Below are positions 25,497-38,907 of a stretch of DNA of 64,000 nucleotides, piece by piece (the first letter of the stretch is position 1; every line of letters begins with the position of its first letter). Position numbers and translations under genes: made by a program. The stretch is taken from the NCBI GenBank assembly GCA_951406725.2, contig OX597815.1:189658001-189722000 (forward strand), written 5' to 3'. The notes under the pieces were generated by a model that saw only the letters and a list, made by a program, of their open reading frames with translations, was not told where the DNA came from and did no database searches. Source of the stretch: Octopus vulgaris. Lineage: Eukaryota.

Positions 25497-25732
25497 AAGG
25501 CGGCAAGCTGGCAGAAACGTTGGCACGCATGGTGAAATGCATAGCCGTATTTCGTCTGCCATTACATTCTGAGTTCAAATTCTGCTAAGGTCGACTTTGC
25601 CTTTCATCCTTTCGGGGTTGATGAATAAAGTACCAGTTATGCACTGGGGTCGATATAATCGTCTTAATCCATTTGTCTGTCCTTGTTTGTCTCCTCTGTG
25701 TTTAGCACCTTGTGGGTAGTAAAGAAAATAGG
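25497..25732 (+). mobile_element. SINE family C (tail 1)
   Basis: Full monomer. Confidence 0.85.
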
Positions 25733-26859
25733 TTTTGTCTATCGGCATTGGCAGCTCTGTGCAGTTGATGAGTGATTTATTGGGCTGCAATTCCAAATTT
25801 GGTTCATCCTGTAAAAGATTTTATATCCTGTTCATTTAATGGAAATGAGAGAAAAGCTACAAATTCCATCAATTTTTATAACACTGAATCTGTGATTAGC
25901 TTTTTTCCTCGTTTCATTAAAGAATTCAACCGAATTAAATGAAATGAAATCCATACTTTAGAGAATAGCCAGTAGATTGTTTCTAATTTTTATGTCAAAT
26001 ACAGGAACTCATTCTTGTGAAGTTAAACAAATTTCTGGTCTTTCAATATATATAGACTTTGACTTTGAAGTTAAGTGGTGTAAAAGAAGCTTCTAACCAG
26101 CTTATAATGCATTGCCTGATTGATGTTCTAAATTTACAATGAGAATATTTTAAAACCATTTAAGCAACGATTCTCAATCCATTTCACATTTTCTTCATTA
26201 TTTGTAAATACAATAAAACAAAAAAGGTACACCGTCATTTAAACAGACGTCATTTAAACATATGTCAATGTATATACCAAATGATACTCAAGTTGAACTT
26301 GCTCATCTTCTCATCTTTCAGTCGCTACAATGTGTCACTGTTTAACCATAGATGAAGTACTTTATTGCTTTGAGTAAATCCAATTGGTTGTGTCACTTAA
26401 TAACTATTTGCTCCCAATAGGTTTAAGAATTTAAAGTGTTGACTCAGATCTCTGTCACTTTACATTAGTCAGTAAAAGATTCAATTACATTTAGAACGAG
26501 ATTAAATTAAACCAATAATGCCATTCTAAATATATTCAGCCATGATTCAAATCTCCCAAAATCTTCGGACAATATCCAGAAATAACACTGTACAAGAAAA
26601 CAAATTATATTCTTTCTACTTTACAAGGAATTCAGTAGAGTGCTAGAAGTAAAGATGCAAAATCTATATCAGGAATTTTGAAAATAAGAAACTGCAGGAA
26701 ATTTAAAATATCTCTTTGTTTGAGTAATTGTAAAGTTTTCTCTCTCCGTATGGGGATTATTAAATATATTATGCAAATGTTTGTAAGTTTCTGCCATAAT
26801 ATATAGAATTGTAAGTGACTATTTTTAGTAGCCAATGAAGAAAAGATTGCTCAGTAGGT

Positions 26860-27101
26860 AAGAACTGTGCTGGTGCCAGGTAAATAGCACCCATGCTGGT
26901 GTCAGGTTTCAAGCACCCAGTACACTCTGTAAACTGGTTGGCATTAGGAATGGCATCCAACTGTAAAAACCATGCTAAAACAGACAATGGAGCCTGGTGC
27001 AGCTCTCCAGCTTACCAATTCCTGTCAAACCATTCAACCCATACCAGCATGGAAAACCAATGTTAAGTGATGAGGATGTTGATGATGATGATGATGATGA
27101 T
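26860..27101 (+). mobile_element. Repeat family D (diverged)
   Basis: ggcattaggaatggcatccaactgtaaaa...(gat)n. Confidence 0.65.
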
Positions 27102-27264
27102 ATGGAATATGGATACCATAAGACTGTATCTCCCCTATCTCCAGTGACAAATGATGTAAATATCTCAAATTTGACAAGAATATTTAAGGGTCAAATGTGG
27201 CTGTGTGGTCTAGAAGTTTGCTTCCCAGCAGACATGATTTCAGGTTCAGTTCACATGATAACAG

Positions 27265-27650
27265 ATGTGTAATGATCACAAGTGTAATGATAACAGATGT
27301 CAATGCATTCTGGTAGATCCATGAGAACAAAAAATGGATAGATTTTCAGAAATGCAGATATGAACTGCAAAAGCAGAAATTTGATCTACTGCATTTAATG
27401 CCTGAATTTCGAGGAACTATATATTGGCGAGACAGGGAATTCATCATCAGAAGGCTCATGAGTCCACAGACAACAAATCCGAACACTAATGTTCGCTAAA
27501 TTCCATTGAGCAAACATATAGAAACATGTGGTCAGAAAATGTTTCTAATTTTTCTTTTCCACAAACTACATGACACAAATGAGATTGGAAGAAAGATAAA
27601 TGGAAAACGGTTTATTAAAATGTTCAAACCTATTTTGAACAGAAATAACA
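27265..27650 (+). pseudogene. Penelope-like element GIY-YIG endonuclease relic
   Basis: Manual translation: MNCKSRNLIYCI*CLNFEELYIGETG...VHRQQIR / IPLSKHIETCG, with upstream KCNDNRC; contains stops and frameshifts. Confidence 0.75.
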
Positions 27651-28254
27651 ATAATGTAACAACCAGTTAATGATGTAGATTAAAAAATATCTTTAACATA
27701 TTAATATAAACAAATTACTGAAGACTCCCACGAATTGAAACAAAAACGAACAAATCCAACCAAGTTTGCTCACTCATAAAACCATTACATGTAAACTGTA
27801 AGCTAATTGTTTAAACTAGAGGTGGGATCTATGTCAGTAATATCAGTGTGCCCAGCAAACCATGAAGTTTAAGCTGCATGCTGATTGGTCAAAACCATAT
27901 TTCAAACATTCAGTTTGTTGGAGCCTTCTAAGAGGTACAAAAAGAAGAAGTCAGTTATTTTACTACAGTTGTCAAGAACTCAACTGTCAGTTAAATATAC
28001 TTTAAAATCTGATGATTACTATGAATGTATGAAATGCTAATTGAACTTTATGAACATTACAAAATAGGTTTTTAATGTTCAACGCACTTCAACACTGTAA
28101 AAATATTTATATTTGTTTTTAAATACCATAATAGAAAATGTGAAAACCAGACCATGTTTTAACTTTATTCAACTGATATATTATTCTATACACATTTATG
28201 CATATTCAAATATATATATACATATATATACACACACATGTGTGTGTGTGTATG

Positions 28255-28293
<39 letters not shown>

Positions 28294-28319
28294 GCATGTA
28301 TAAATATATATATATATAA

Positions 28320-28453
28320 CTTTTTTCTTTCTGTGGAAGAGCATAGGCTTGAAATGTTAAAGACTTTTTCACTTCCCGAGCGTTATACTAATACATCTGT
28401 TTGTTGTCTACACCACCTGTCTTTGTCTTCTGTTTTTTTTGTGAATTCTCCCT
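28320..28453 (+). mobile_element. Family P2 copy with hammerhead-like motif at 28326-28363
   Basis: TCTTT-CTGTGGA-A-GAGC-atag-GCTT-GAAA-TG-TT-AAAGA; flanked by microsatellites. Confidence 0.6.
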
Positions 28454-28483
28454 ATACATACATACATACATACATACATACAT

Positions 28484-28560
<77 letters not shown>

Positions 28561-28646
28561 CAACAATTGAGGGTAAAATTAATTAATTATTAATCAATTT
28601 CACCAAGTATTCAGTATGTAAAGGGACCATTTAAGGCGAATTCAAA

Positions 28647-29080
28647 ATATTACATTTTATAAAGGGCTTAGTAAAATAAATTACTTTACCACATACTGAA
28701 CTCATTAGAAATAGCAGCCAAAAAAAATTTTTTTAGCCATTTCTAATACTTAAAGAAAATTTCTCTCAGATAGTGTTTACTCAAAATAACCCACGAAGGT
28801 ATGGGGGTAAAAACATTAAAAAATCACAAGTGCCAAGAATTGTATTTGGCTAATCTAGAAACGTACGTTCTCAAATAATCTTTGCACTTGTGATTTTTTA
28901 ATGTTTTTTAATGTTTTTACCCCCATACCTTCGTGGGTTATTTTGAGTAAACACTATCTGAGAGAAATTTTCTTTAAGTATTAGAAATGGCTAAAAAAAT
29001 TTTTTTTGGCTGCTATTTCTAATGAGTTCAGTATGTGGTAAAGTAATTTATTTTACTAAGCCCTTTATAAAATGTAATAT
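28647..29080. repeat. Long near-perfect inverted repeat (foldback, arms of about 190 bp)
   Basis: 28647-28833 is the reverse complement of about 28884-29080 apart from a 10-bp duplication; central aacgtacgtt palindrome. Confidence 0.92.
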
Positions 29081-29640
29081 ATATATATATATATATACAC
29101 ACACATATATATATATATGCAAATATGTATGTTTGTATGTATGTATGTTTGTATGTATGTATGTATGTATGTATGTATGTATGTATGCATGTATGTATGT
29201 ACATATGTATGCACATATGTATATGAATAATGGGCTTTTACACAGTTTCTGCTATTATGTCTCCAAAATGCATAAGAAGAATGATTTGGAGGAGGTAAGC
29301 TGCTACTTCTAGCCCACTGAATTACCACATAGAGGCTTCCTCTTTGTGAATTGCATTGGTCATATGTAGTTTATTTACTGCCTTGAAGCTTCTGATATGT
29401 TGTTGATTAGAAAATATTACATTTTTGTGTTCTTATAGTATATAATTAGTATTACTTTATGGTTGTGTTCTATTAAACATGTGTATTAATATCATGTTCA
29501 TTTATTCCATAGCCTGGAGTTATTTGGTTCATATATATGCGTAGCTTAGTTATTATATTTTCACTTGTGTAGTTTGTAATCTGTTTTATTTATTGCATTG
29601 AATTTATTTCTGTTGATATGATGTATGTGTGTGCATGTGA

Positions 29641-29699
<59 letters not shown>

Positions 29700-30361
29700 A
29701 GTGTACATATAACACTTGTAAGTATGTAGATAATAAATACATATACAACATGCACACTCATACATACATATATATATATGAATTAAAAATGCATACTACA
29801 TTCATATATATATATATATGTATAGATATAAATTGAAAGGTATAAATGAATAAACACTCCAGTTAGTCAAAGCAGCTCTCTATCATTCCCAAATTATTAA
29901 AAATCGAATATAAATATATATCAAAATATTAGGGCACCCAATGGTAAAACCCAAATACATGAATATAAGGTGATAAAACCTAAAAGCCTCAGTGTCACCC
30001 AAGCACGTCTAGCTGCACCCCTATTTTCATTTTTGCTCTTTGGTTTAACGAAATTGCCTTTCAGTTTAATGAAGTTATAAAATTATCCGCTTGTATATAT
30101 ATATATATATAATTAATAAATAAAACATATGCATATATGCATACATATATGTACGTACCTACCTCTACATGTATATATACATGCATATATGGGTACAGGA
30201 CATCAAAAAAAACGTCGAACACAAAGAGAAACGAAAACATAAACACAAAACCAAGGAACTGGACATTTTTCTTAAACAACGATAAAATAGAGTACAGAAC
30301 AAATAACACAAGGAAAATTCCCCTTCTTCAGTCGCCATGGTTTCATCTACTCTGCATTTCG

Positions 30362-30572
30362 AAGGTTGTCCCAGAAGTCATGTACCACCCTGTTTTTTTA
30401 AAAGAATACACCCTTACTGATTTCAAAAACACATTATTGAAATTGATCATAACAAATGCTCAAATTGAGCACCCTCTACAATAAAACATGCCGGAAAAAT
30501 ATAATAAAATAAAATGCTTTAATTATTTTAAATGTAAACCAGAATGGTGCGTAACTTCTGGGACACTCTGTA
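30362..30572. mobile_element. Tc1/mariner-type MITE
   Basis: Imperfect TIRs tgtcccagaagtcatgtaccac / ggtgcgtaacttctgggacactctg followed by TA. Confidence 0.6.
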
Positions 30573-30580
30573 TATATATG

Positions 30581-30639
<59 letters not shown>

Positions 30640-30674
30640 ATATATATATAAATTTACATATATATATATGTATG

Positions 30675-30706
<32 letters not shown>

Positions 30707-30874
30707 TATACATATATATATGTATGTATATATATATGTATATAATATTCCAACCCAAGCTAGCATGGAAAACGGACGTTAAATGATGATGATATATATA
30801 TATATATATAGACCGAGAGAGAGTGAGAGAGAGTGAGAGAAAGAGAGTGAAAGGGAGAGAACACAAATAAGAGC

Positions 30875-31430
30875 TTGATTTTAGACATAAACATACAGAT
30901 TGAAAAGAAGGAACAGATACATTAGATCAATGTGCACCGAAGAATAAAACACTTACCTACACCCACACAGAGAAAGTGAAAGTGAATGCTCACCTGACTA
31001 TAAGATGTTATTGGTAAAAATCATTCCTCAGAAGAGCATTTATATTCTCATCCACAAACAATGCACCAGAGAAAGAAATACATAGAATTAAATAGACATT
31101 AACAACAGATACTCTAAAAGACTAGCGGACCAAGCCATAAAAGAATGGAGACACAAATACAATGCAACAAATATGCCAGAAAATACACCTAATAGAAATA
31201 CATGAACTGCACATAAAATCGATTACATGAACCAAATGGAGAAAACTATTGAACAGATGAACGTATAATAAAACCCCTCATAAAATGTAATACAAAATGC
31301 ATCACATCTGACCGTCAATTTAAACTGATAATGTACTATAAAAACACCAAAAGCTAAAGCCTTCTTGTCAAAAAACACATAAAAAAAAACATGAGCCAAA
31401 AAACCAAGTATGGATGACCAATATGATCCA
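30875..31430 (+). pseudogene. Highly decayed Penelope-like element relic (thumb and C-terminal region)
   Basis: FLDINIQIEK...INVHRR resembles the PLE FLDV...VYRK motif; taatgtactataaaaacaccaaaa is homologous to 41190-41217. Confidence 0.4.
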
Positions 31431-31849
31431 TAAATCTGACTGTAAAACTGGATGTTGCAAATTTCAGGACACAATCTGTTATATAGGACAGAGCTGCGTA
31501 GCACTCTCACCAAAGTTCACTGTGCTTTTGCAGCATTCACCAAACACCATAAAATGGAAGTAGAGAGGAAAATACTTGAGGAAAATATTAATAAATTTTT
31601 TGTAAAACTCTGAACAAAGATAAAAGACTAAATATAGAGACTATACCTGTGCCTATTTCTGAAATGATTATTGTAGAAAATTCCCAGGATTTTCCTCATT
31701 CATAATGAAGGCATATTGGATCATCCCATAAATAATGAGGTTTTTTCAATTGCATGAACTAAAAGTTGGAAGGGGACAGGTTAAACTTCCAGCATCGACT
31801 TGCTATAAAAGCAGATAGTAAATTTACGTTGTCCCTATTCTTAATGCAC

Positions 31850-32057
31850 GTACTAGCAGAAACATTAGCACGCCGGGCGAAATACTTAGCAGTATTCCGT
31901 CTGTCTTCACATTCTGAGTTCAAATTCTGCCACGGTCGACTTTACCTTTCATCCTTTTGGGGTAGATAAATTAAGTACCAGTTGCATAGTGGGATCGATC
32001 TAATCAACTGGGCCCGTCCCCCAAAATTCCAGGCATTGTGCCTAGAGTAGAAAAGAT
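31850..32057 (+). mobile_element. SINE family C (tail 2)
   Basis: Core and tail homology. Confidence 0.8.
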
Positions 32058-32794
32058 TATTTTCTATTCAAATTTTTCCTAAGATTTTTATTTTAGTGCT
32101 AAGAAAATCACAAACACATGACAATACCCCACTACTACACGCCAGCTCAAGGTGCTGCCTAAGTCGCAGATACCTTCAATCAGCCCTAAATAGCAATGAA
32201 TCTGATTGGATGCATTCATTCACAGATAAATAAACTACCTTCGCTTAGAGTAGTGATATGTTCTAGAATTAGAACATTAAACTTTAAAATAAAAGGGATG
32301 AAGACATTTTTCTTTGCATGATATCAGCAATGACAATCAGCCTTGACAAGTAATTTCACAGGTTTGTCACCAAGAATTGAAGAGATAAAATATAATGAAG
32401 ATTAAAGGGAAAGGATGCTAACAGGAGATTGGTATTTTTAGAATTGTTCAGGTGAAAATTTAACAAAATATATCTAAAAAATAATAATAATAGGAAAAAC
32501 TTTCGATACAAGAGAAAAAAGTAGAGACATTAAAAAGAAACATTATTTAAAAAAGAATCTTAAACATTGGAATTATAAGGGAGCAGCCGACATATTTAGA
32601 ACATATGTATTTGAATTTAGTTTTATTAGAGAATCTTTTTTGACAATGGATTGGTAATCTCTAATATGTACAGAAATACGTAAACAGATACACAGAAAAT
32701 TCTTGTTCGGAAGAAATTTCATCAGAAAGCTTATTTATGCATTGGGATACTTACATGCTAACATGATAAATTGAAATAATTTATTAAATTTATA

Positions 32795-33197
32795 GGTGCA
32801 GGAGCGGCTGTGTGGTAAGTAGCTTGCTTACCAACCACATGGTTCCGGGTTCAGTCCCACTGCACGGCACCTTGAGCAAGTGTCTTCTACTATAGCCTCG
32901 GGCCGACCAAAGCCTTGTGAGTGGATTTGGTAGATGGAAACTGAAAGAAGCCCATCGTGTATGTGTGTGTGTGTGCGTTTGTGTGTCTGTGTTTGTGTGA
33001 CTGTGATTCTCCCCCCAACATCGATTGACAACCGATGCTGGTATGTTTACGTCCTTGTAACTTAGCGGTTCGGCAAAAGAGACCAAAAGAATAAGTACTA
33101 GGCTTACAAAAAATAAGTTCTGGGGTCGATTTGCGGTGCTCCAGCATGGCCGCAGTTAAATGACTGAAACAAGTAAAAGAGTAAAAAGAGTAAAGAG
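32795..33197 (+). mobile_element. SINE family B
   Basis: Full-length copy. Confidence 0.9.
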
Positions 33198-33348
33198 AGA
33201 GAGTCACACACTGATATATATAAAATATGCATACAAATACAGAGTTAAACAACAGAAATATGAATCCAAACATGTTAATTATTTCTACTGTTCATGGTAA
33301 CCTAATATTCTTCAGTTGCTTCTTTTGTAGTAGATATAACAGTGCACA

Positions 33349-33668
33349 GTGGAGGCACAATGGCCCAGTGGTTAAGGCAGCAAACTCACAGTTTCGATTC
33401 CCAGACCAGGCATTGTGAGTGTTTATTGAATGAAAACACTTAAAGCTCCATGAAACTTTGGCAGGGGGTGATAGTGAACCCTGCTGTACTCTTTCACCAC
33501 AACTTTCTCTCACTCTTTTCTTCCTGTTTCTGTTGTACCTGTATTTCAAAGGGCCAGCCTTATCACACTCTGTGTTATGCTGAATCTCCCTGAGAACTGC
33601 ATTAAGGGTACACGTGTCTGTGGAGTGCTCAGCCACTTGCACGTCAATTTCACGAGTGGGCTGTTCCA
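33349..33668 (+). mobile_element. SINE family E (tRNA-derived head tggaggcgcaatggcccagtggttag), 3'-truncated
   Basis: A box tggcccagtgg and B box gtttcgattcc; homologous to the 38.9, 40.3 and 44.6 kb copies. Confidence 0.85.
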
Positions 33669-33689
33669 TTAAAAGAAAAAGGTGGGGTA

Positions 33690-33836
33690 TTAGGTGAACT
33701 GTTGGTGAATTTCAGGAAGCATGGAAGTTATGAAGGATGTAGTGTCTCGACAGATAACAAGTAATGCGGGTAGTTTATTCTATGCTTCAGCAATTCTGAG
33801 CAGGAAAATATGTTTCTGTAAGTGATGGGTGCTGTT
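33690..33836 (-). pseudogene. CR1/L2-like LINE ORF2 C-terminal relic
   Basis: Minus translation KHIFLLRIAEA*NKLPALLVICRDTTSF resembles the FFxxRVVxxWNxLPxxVV...SF motif. Confidence 0.55.
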
Positions 33837-33959
33837 TTGTTGTTTGTTTTAGATTTTAGACTCAGATTTCAAATCTTGCCACAGGCAACTTTAATATTTA
33901 TCCTTCAGGGCTCAATAAAATAAAGAATAAGTTCATTGTGTTGGAATGGCAGGATTAGA

Positions 33960-34145
33960 GTAGCAGATGAAATTCATTGTAGAATTTATTCCAGCTCTTT
34001 ACCTTTTCAATGCCCAAGTATGTATGAACGAACTTGTCTTCATCTAGCTGCCAAGATGGTGTCTTGTGAAAAATACCAAAAGGCAACATGAAACCACCCA
34101 CCTTTATATTCTCCCACAAAAATTCCATGACGAATACATAGCATT
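33960..34145 (-). pseudogene. Decayed R4/Dong-like RT fragment
   Basis: MEF...QLDEDKFVHTYLGI aligns loosely with GMEFG...ELEQEQTYKYLGI of the 41.6 kb ORF. Confidence 0.35.
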
Positions 34146-34147
34146 TT

Positions 34148-34616
34148 TCAACTCTTTTGATACCAACCCACCTGAAACCACCACAGGGTCTGTAGTACAA
34201 ATGTCTTGTTTCCATAAGTTTTGAATTAAAATCTTCCACCAAACCTTAGTCACAATTTATGTTCCTAACACTAGCTTAATGATAACTAAGTTATTTTACA
34301 AAATTGTTTGTTATATTTAAAATAATTGAAAGAAGCACAGAGTATCTCAACAGAAATATGGTAACAAAAGGGTTAATAAATGATTAATTTAACCCATTTC
34401 CTACCAACATGTCTGAAACCACCACTGGCTCTGAGTACAAATGTCTTGTTTTCAAAAGTTCTGAATTAAAATCTTCCACCAAACCTTAGTCACATTTATT
34501 TTCCTAACACTAGCTTAATGATAACTAAGTTATTTTACTAAATTCTTTGTTATGTTTAATATCAACTGAAAGAAGCACAGAGCATCTCAAAATAAATACT
34601 GTTATGAAAGGGTTAA
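34148..34616. mobile_element. Tandem pair of piggyBac-like MITEs
   Basis: Same unit and a 12-bp spacer as at 22194-22663. Confidence 0.75.
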
Positions 34617-35505
34617 AGGAAGTTACTAAACCAAATTTCTTTTTTTTTTTGTGCCCTGACAACAGAGAGAAGATTTGCATTCAATGTTAAATTGAATGCA
34701 AATCCACGATAAAATAAGTAATATCTTGGTTTTATAGTTTTCATGACAGAACCTTTAAGAGTTAACAAATATTAATTATAAAGACCACTATGTACTGTAG
34801 CTTCTTTACATTACTCTATCTAAATATTTATTTATCTTATTAAAATCAATTTTTATTAATTTTTTTTAAAATATGTAAACATTATGTAAAAACAGTAAAA
34901 AAAATCTCTTGAATATTGATAAATATTTTCATTTCAACTTTGAAAGTAAATGATGCCAATACAGTTGATATTTACTGCGGAAAAAAATAATGCTTCTTTT
35001 TCTGAAATTTTGCATAAACTATGACAATTTAAAAATTTTAGCAATCAGCTTATCTTCATTAACAAAATCATTTCATGCTATCTAGATGGCTTTAATAGTT
35101 ATTTTGATACAAATTATTCCACTTTAAAAACAAATTAATTTGTTTTGTTTTTTTCTCAATCATAATATGAATTTTTATACATCATTAAATATTTATATTG
35201 TCTCTTGATCTCACAGCTGACATTTGATAATTGCAGGGTGACCATGGTAACAACTTGGTTTTTGAAATATTCTACTAAATGGTAAAAACATCTAAAGTGT
35301 AAAATTTTAATTGTTACCATTAAATTAGATAACTATATGAAGTTTCTTTTTTGTTGCTCTTGTTGTTTTAATCATAATTGATACAGTTAAAATAATTCAT
35401 CTAAATTCACCTAACTAAAATACAGTAATGCTTTTATTGTGATGAAAGTAAAAAAAAATCTCTCATTTGTTTCAGGGCTTTATAAAATAAGATCTCTGGA
35501 TTCAG

Positions 35506-36165
<660 letters not shown>

Positions 36166-36518
36166 TTATTTGGATTCAGTGTATTAAGTTGATAAACGAT
36201 AATCATTTTCCTTATCTAGAGACAAATTTATCACAAGTAAAATATGCTGAATATAAGATGTCTAATTTTAGCAGTTAGATAAATGAAGATACATAAGAAA
36301 TGTGTACCTTTACAATAGATTTGCACTCATAAGGTGAGAACTGATTTTGCTAGGTTAAATTATCTTATGTAAATATAAATGCTGACACACTTAAATGATA
36401 TTCATCTGGTGAGTGAACTCCGATAGCCATTGCATGACATTCCAAGCTTCCAAAAATACCTTCATGGTTTTAATTTACAACAAAATGAAATGCATAGAAA
36501 TAATCTAATTTTTGTCTC

Positions 36519-36821
36519 CTTGTTTGTTCCTTCTCGAGCCATGCCTGGCTCATAAGGGCCGGTTTCCTGGTTTCCTTGGCATATAGGTTCCCCACCTGGA
36601 TGGGACACTGGTCCGTCGCAGGTGAGCTGCAAGATGCAGGAGAAAAGAGTGAGAAAGTTGTGGCGAAAGAGTCAGCAGAAGTTCACCATTATCTTCTGCC
36701 AGAGCTGCGTGGAGCTTAGGTGTTTCACTCATAAACACACACATCACCCGGTCTGAGATTTGAACCTGCGATCCTTCGACCGTGAGTCCGCTGCTCTAAC
36801 CACTAGGCCACGTGCCTCCAC
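36519..36821 (-). mobile_element. SINE with family-E head/body and an alternative tail
   Basis: TSD aatttttgtctc (36507-36518) / aattttagtctc (36822-36833); tail shared with 53477-53734. Confidence 0.8.
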
Positions 36822-37092
36822 AATTTTAGTCTCTTGATAATGTGAGATCTATTCTTACTGCACAAGTAACTGTAGTTTTATGAAGAGGAGAGAGATGCAC
36901 TGTAACAAAGTGTCACTGCATCCACCATGACTGTGTTTGAGTTTCATCGCATTTATTTCAGATTTTTCAAGTGTTTTTAGTTTTATTTTCACATCTAATT
37001 TGGAACAACAATATTCCCAAATTCATATTTGATGTTTCCAGTCATTCACATTCTCTTTTAGAAACCTACTATGCACCAAATGTTATAAAAGA

Positions 37093-37475
37093 CTAGCATT
37101 ATCACCCAGCGTTGCTCAGGTTTGTTTCAACCCTTTAGAATTGGAATTTTTGAAAAGTAAACAGTTTGCATCATGTAGCTTGTTATTCTCTTTAAGTAAA
37201 CAATTTTCTGGTTGAAATACACCGAAAAATGGCGACACATCAGTCAAAAATCGTAAAAAATAGGGATATTTGTAGAAAAAAAGCGGCTTTTTGACGTAAA
37301 TAATTTTTGGTGTTAACGATGTCTAATTTGAATTTCTACAGAAGGAAGAGCAAGCTTTCGTCTATCATACTCTCAGTTTTGGTCAACTTGTGCAGCAGGG
37401 TCTCGGAGGAGACAGTGTTAGTTGAAGGCTACCAAACCTGCCATATACAGACAACTTCAGCTTTATATATATAGA
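37093..37475 (-). mobile_element. Non-autonomous Helitron (Lep1-like architecture)
   Basis: Minus strand starts a|TCTATATATATAAA and ends in a hairpin + CTAG|t; second copy at 54723-55116. Confidence 0.75.
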
Positions 37476-37479
37476 TAAC

Positions 37480-38338
37480 AAAGAAATATTGAATAAAAAT
37501 TTTTAAAAAGCACTGCACAACTTTAAAGATAATGGCAGCATAAAAATTTGTAAGTACTGACAAAAGTAATATGCTTGTAATCATGGACAGAGAAGAATAT
37601 ATTACAAAAATTGGTAATTTTCTCAGAGACAATGACAAAATCACAAAGATCAAGAAAGATAAACAAATAAAAATAAAATTAGATTAATTACAAAGATAAA
37701 TGCACAAATAGGACCGCCTTACTTTCCATACATTGACAGAGAATTCTTCCCAGCACATATATAAATGGCACAAACAAAAGAACCCCTTCTGACCAATAAC
37801 ATCCCAAATATATACATTTACACATTCAATTACCAAACAAATAGACAGCATAATCAAAAAGTAGACTCCAGAGAAATATAGTATAGTGTCTCTGAAGAAT
37901 TTTTACAGAGTTTGAAAGAAATCAACATAATAGATAACAACTTCTCCTTAGATGTAGAAAGTTTGTTTGTTAATACCCCAGAGGCAGAAATAATAGGAAT
38001 CAGAATTGAGACTGTATATAAACACCCCAAAATAAAGCTATTCATGACACCTGCAAACCTATTAAAAATGTTACTCGTGTCATGTGCAGTTGAGTTACCT
38101 TTTTACTGCCCACAGGATAATTTATATAAAAAGAAGGAGTAGCTATGGGTTCTCCCTTAGGACCTACATTTGCAGCTTTCTCATTATCTACAATAGAAAA
38201 TGGAATAATAACAAAAGATAAACACATAATATACATTAGACACATAGATGATATTCTAGTGATAATGGAAACATTAAAGGATACTGAAGAGGAACAAAAA
38301 GAAGACTTAACAACTCAGAACTGAAATTTAACATTCAT
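37480..38338 (+). pseudogene. Penelope-like reverse transcriptase relic
   Basis: DKSNMLVIMDREEYITK, FSLDVESLFVN, GVAMGSPLGPTFA and YIRHIDDILV across frameshifts; apparently continues as VYSKESNKCVYLHGDS at about 39315-39365. Confidence 0.85.
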
Positions 38339-38339
38339 C

Positions 38340-38815
38340 ATAATCATCATCATCGTTTAACGTCCGTTTTCCATGCTAGCACAGGTTGGACAGTTCGACT
38401 GGGGTCTGGGAAGCCAGGAGGCTGCACCAGGCTCCACTCTGATCTGGCAGTATTTCTACAGCTTGATGCCCTTCCTAATGCCAACCACACTGTGAGTGTA
38501 GTAGGTGCTTTTATGTGTCACCAGCACAGGTGCCAGGGAGGCTGGCAGCGGCCACGATTGGTTGGTGCTTTTTATGTGCCACCGGTATGGAAGCCAGTCA
38601 AGGCGGTGCTGGTATTGGCCATGTACGGATAGTGCCTTCTTACGTACCACTGGCACAGGTGCCAAGGGAGGCAGGTAGTGGGCACAGTCGGTTGGTGCTT
38701 TTTATGTGTCACCGGCACAGAAGCCAGTCAAGGTGGCACTGGCATTGGCCATGTTCAGATGGTGCTTTTTATGTACCACTGGCACAGGTATCACAACTAC
38801 AATTTCCATTTGATA
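38340..38815 (-). mobile_element. Repeat family D with expanded internal subrepeats
   Basis: Six gtgcttttatgtg(c/t)cacc(g/a)gcac-like units. Confidence 0.75.
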
Positions 38816-38907
38816 TTTATTTTAATAAAAGTGGATCTTGGTTTTAGATAGAAATAGATGGAAATATATATACAGCAAATTGATATAAATATATACACAG
38901 CAAAAAT

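Noticed and set aside
30300-30365. Possible hammerhead on the minus strand (cGAAA...CTGAAGA-aggggaattttcctt)
   Set aside because: No convincing stem I/III or NUH site could be built, and the region is truncated by a MITE.
38490-38790. CRISPR-like repeat/spacer appearance of family D subrepeats
   Set aside because: The intervening sequences are homologous to one another, the repeats are degenerate, the context is eukaryotic and no cas genes are present.
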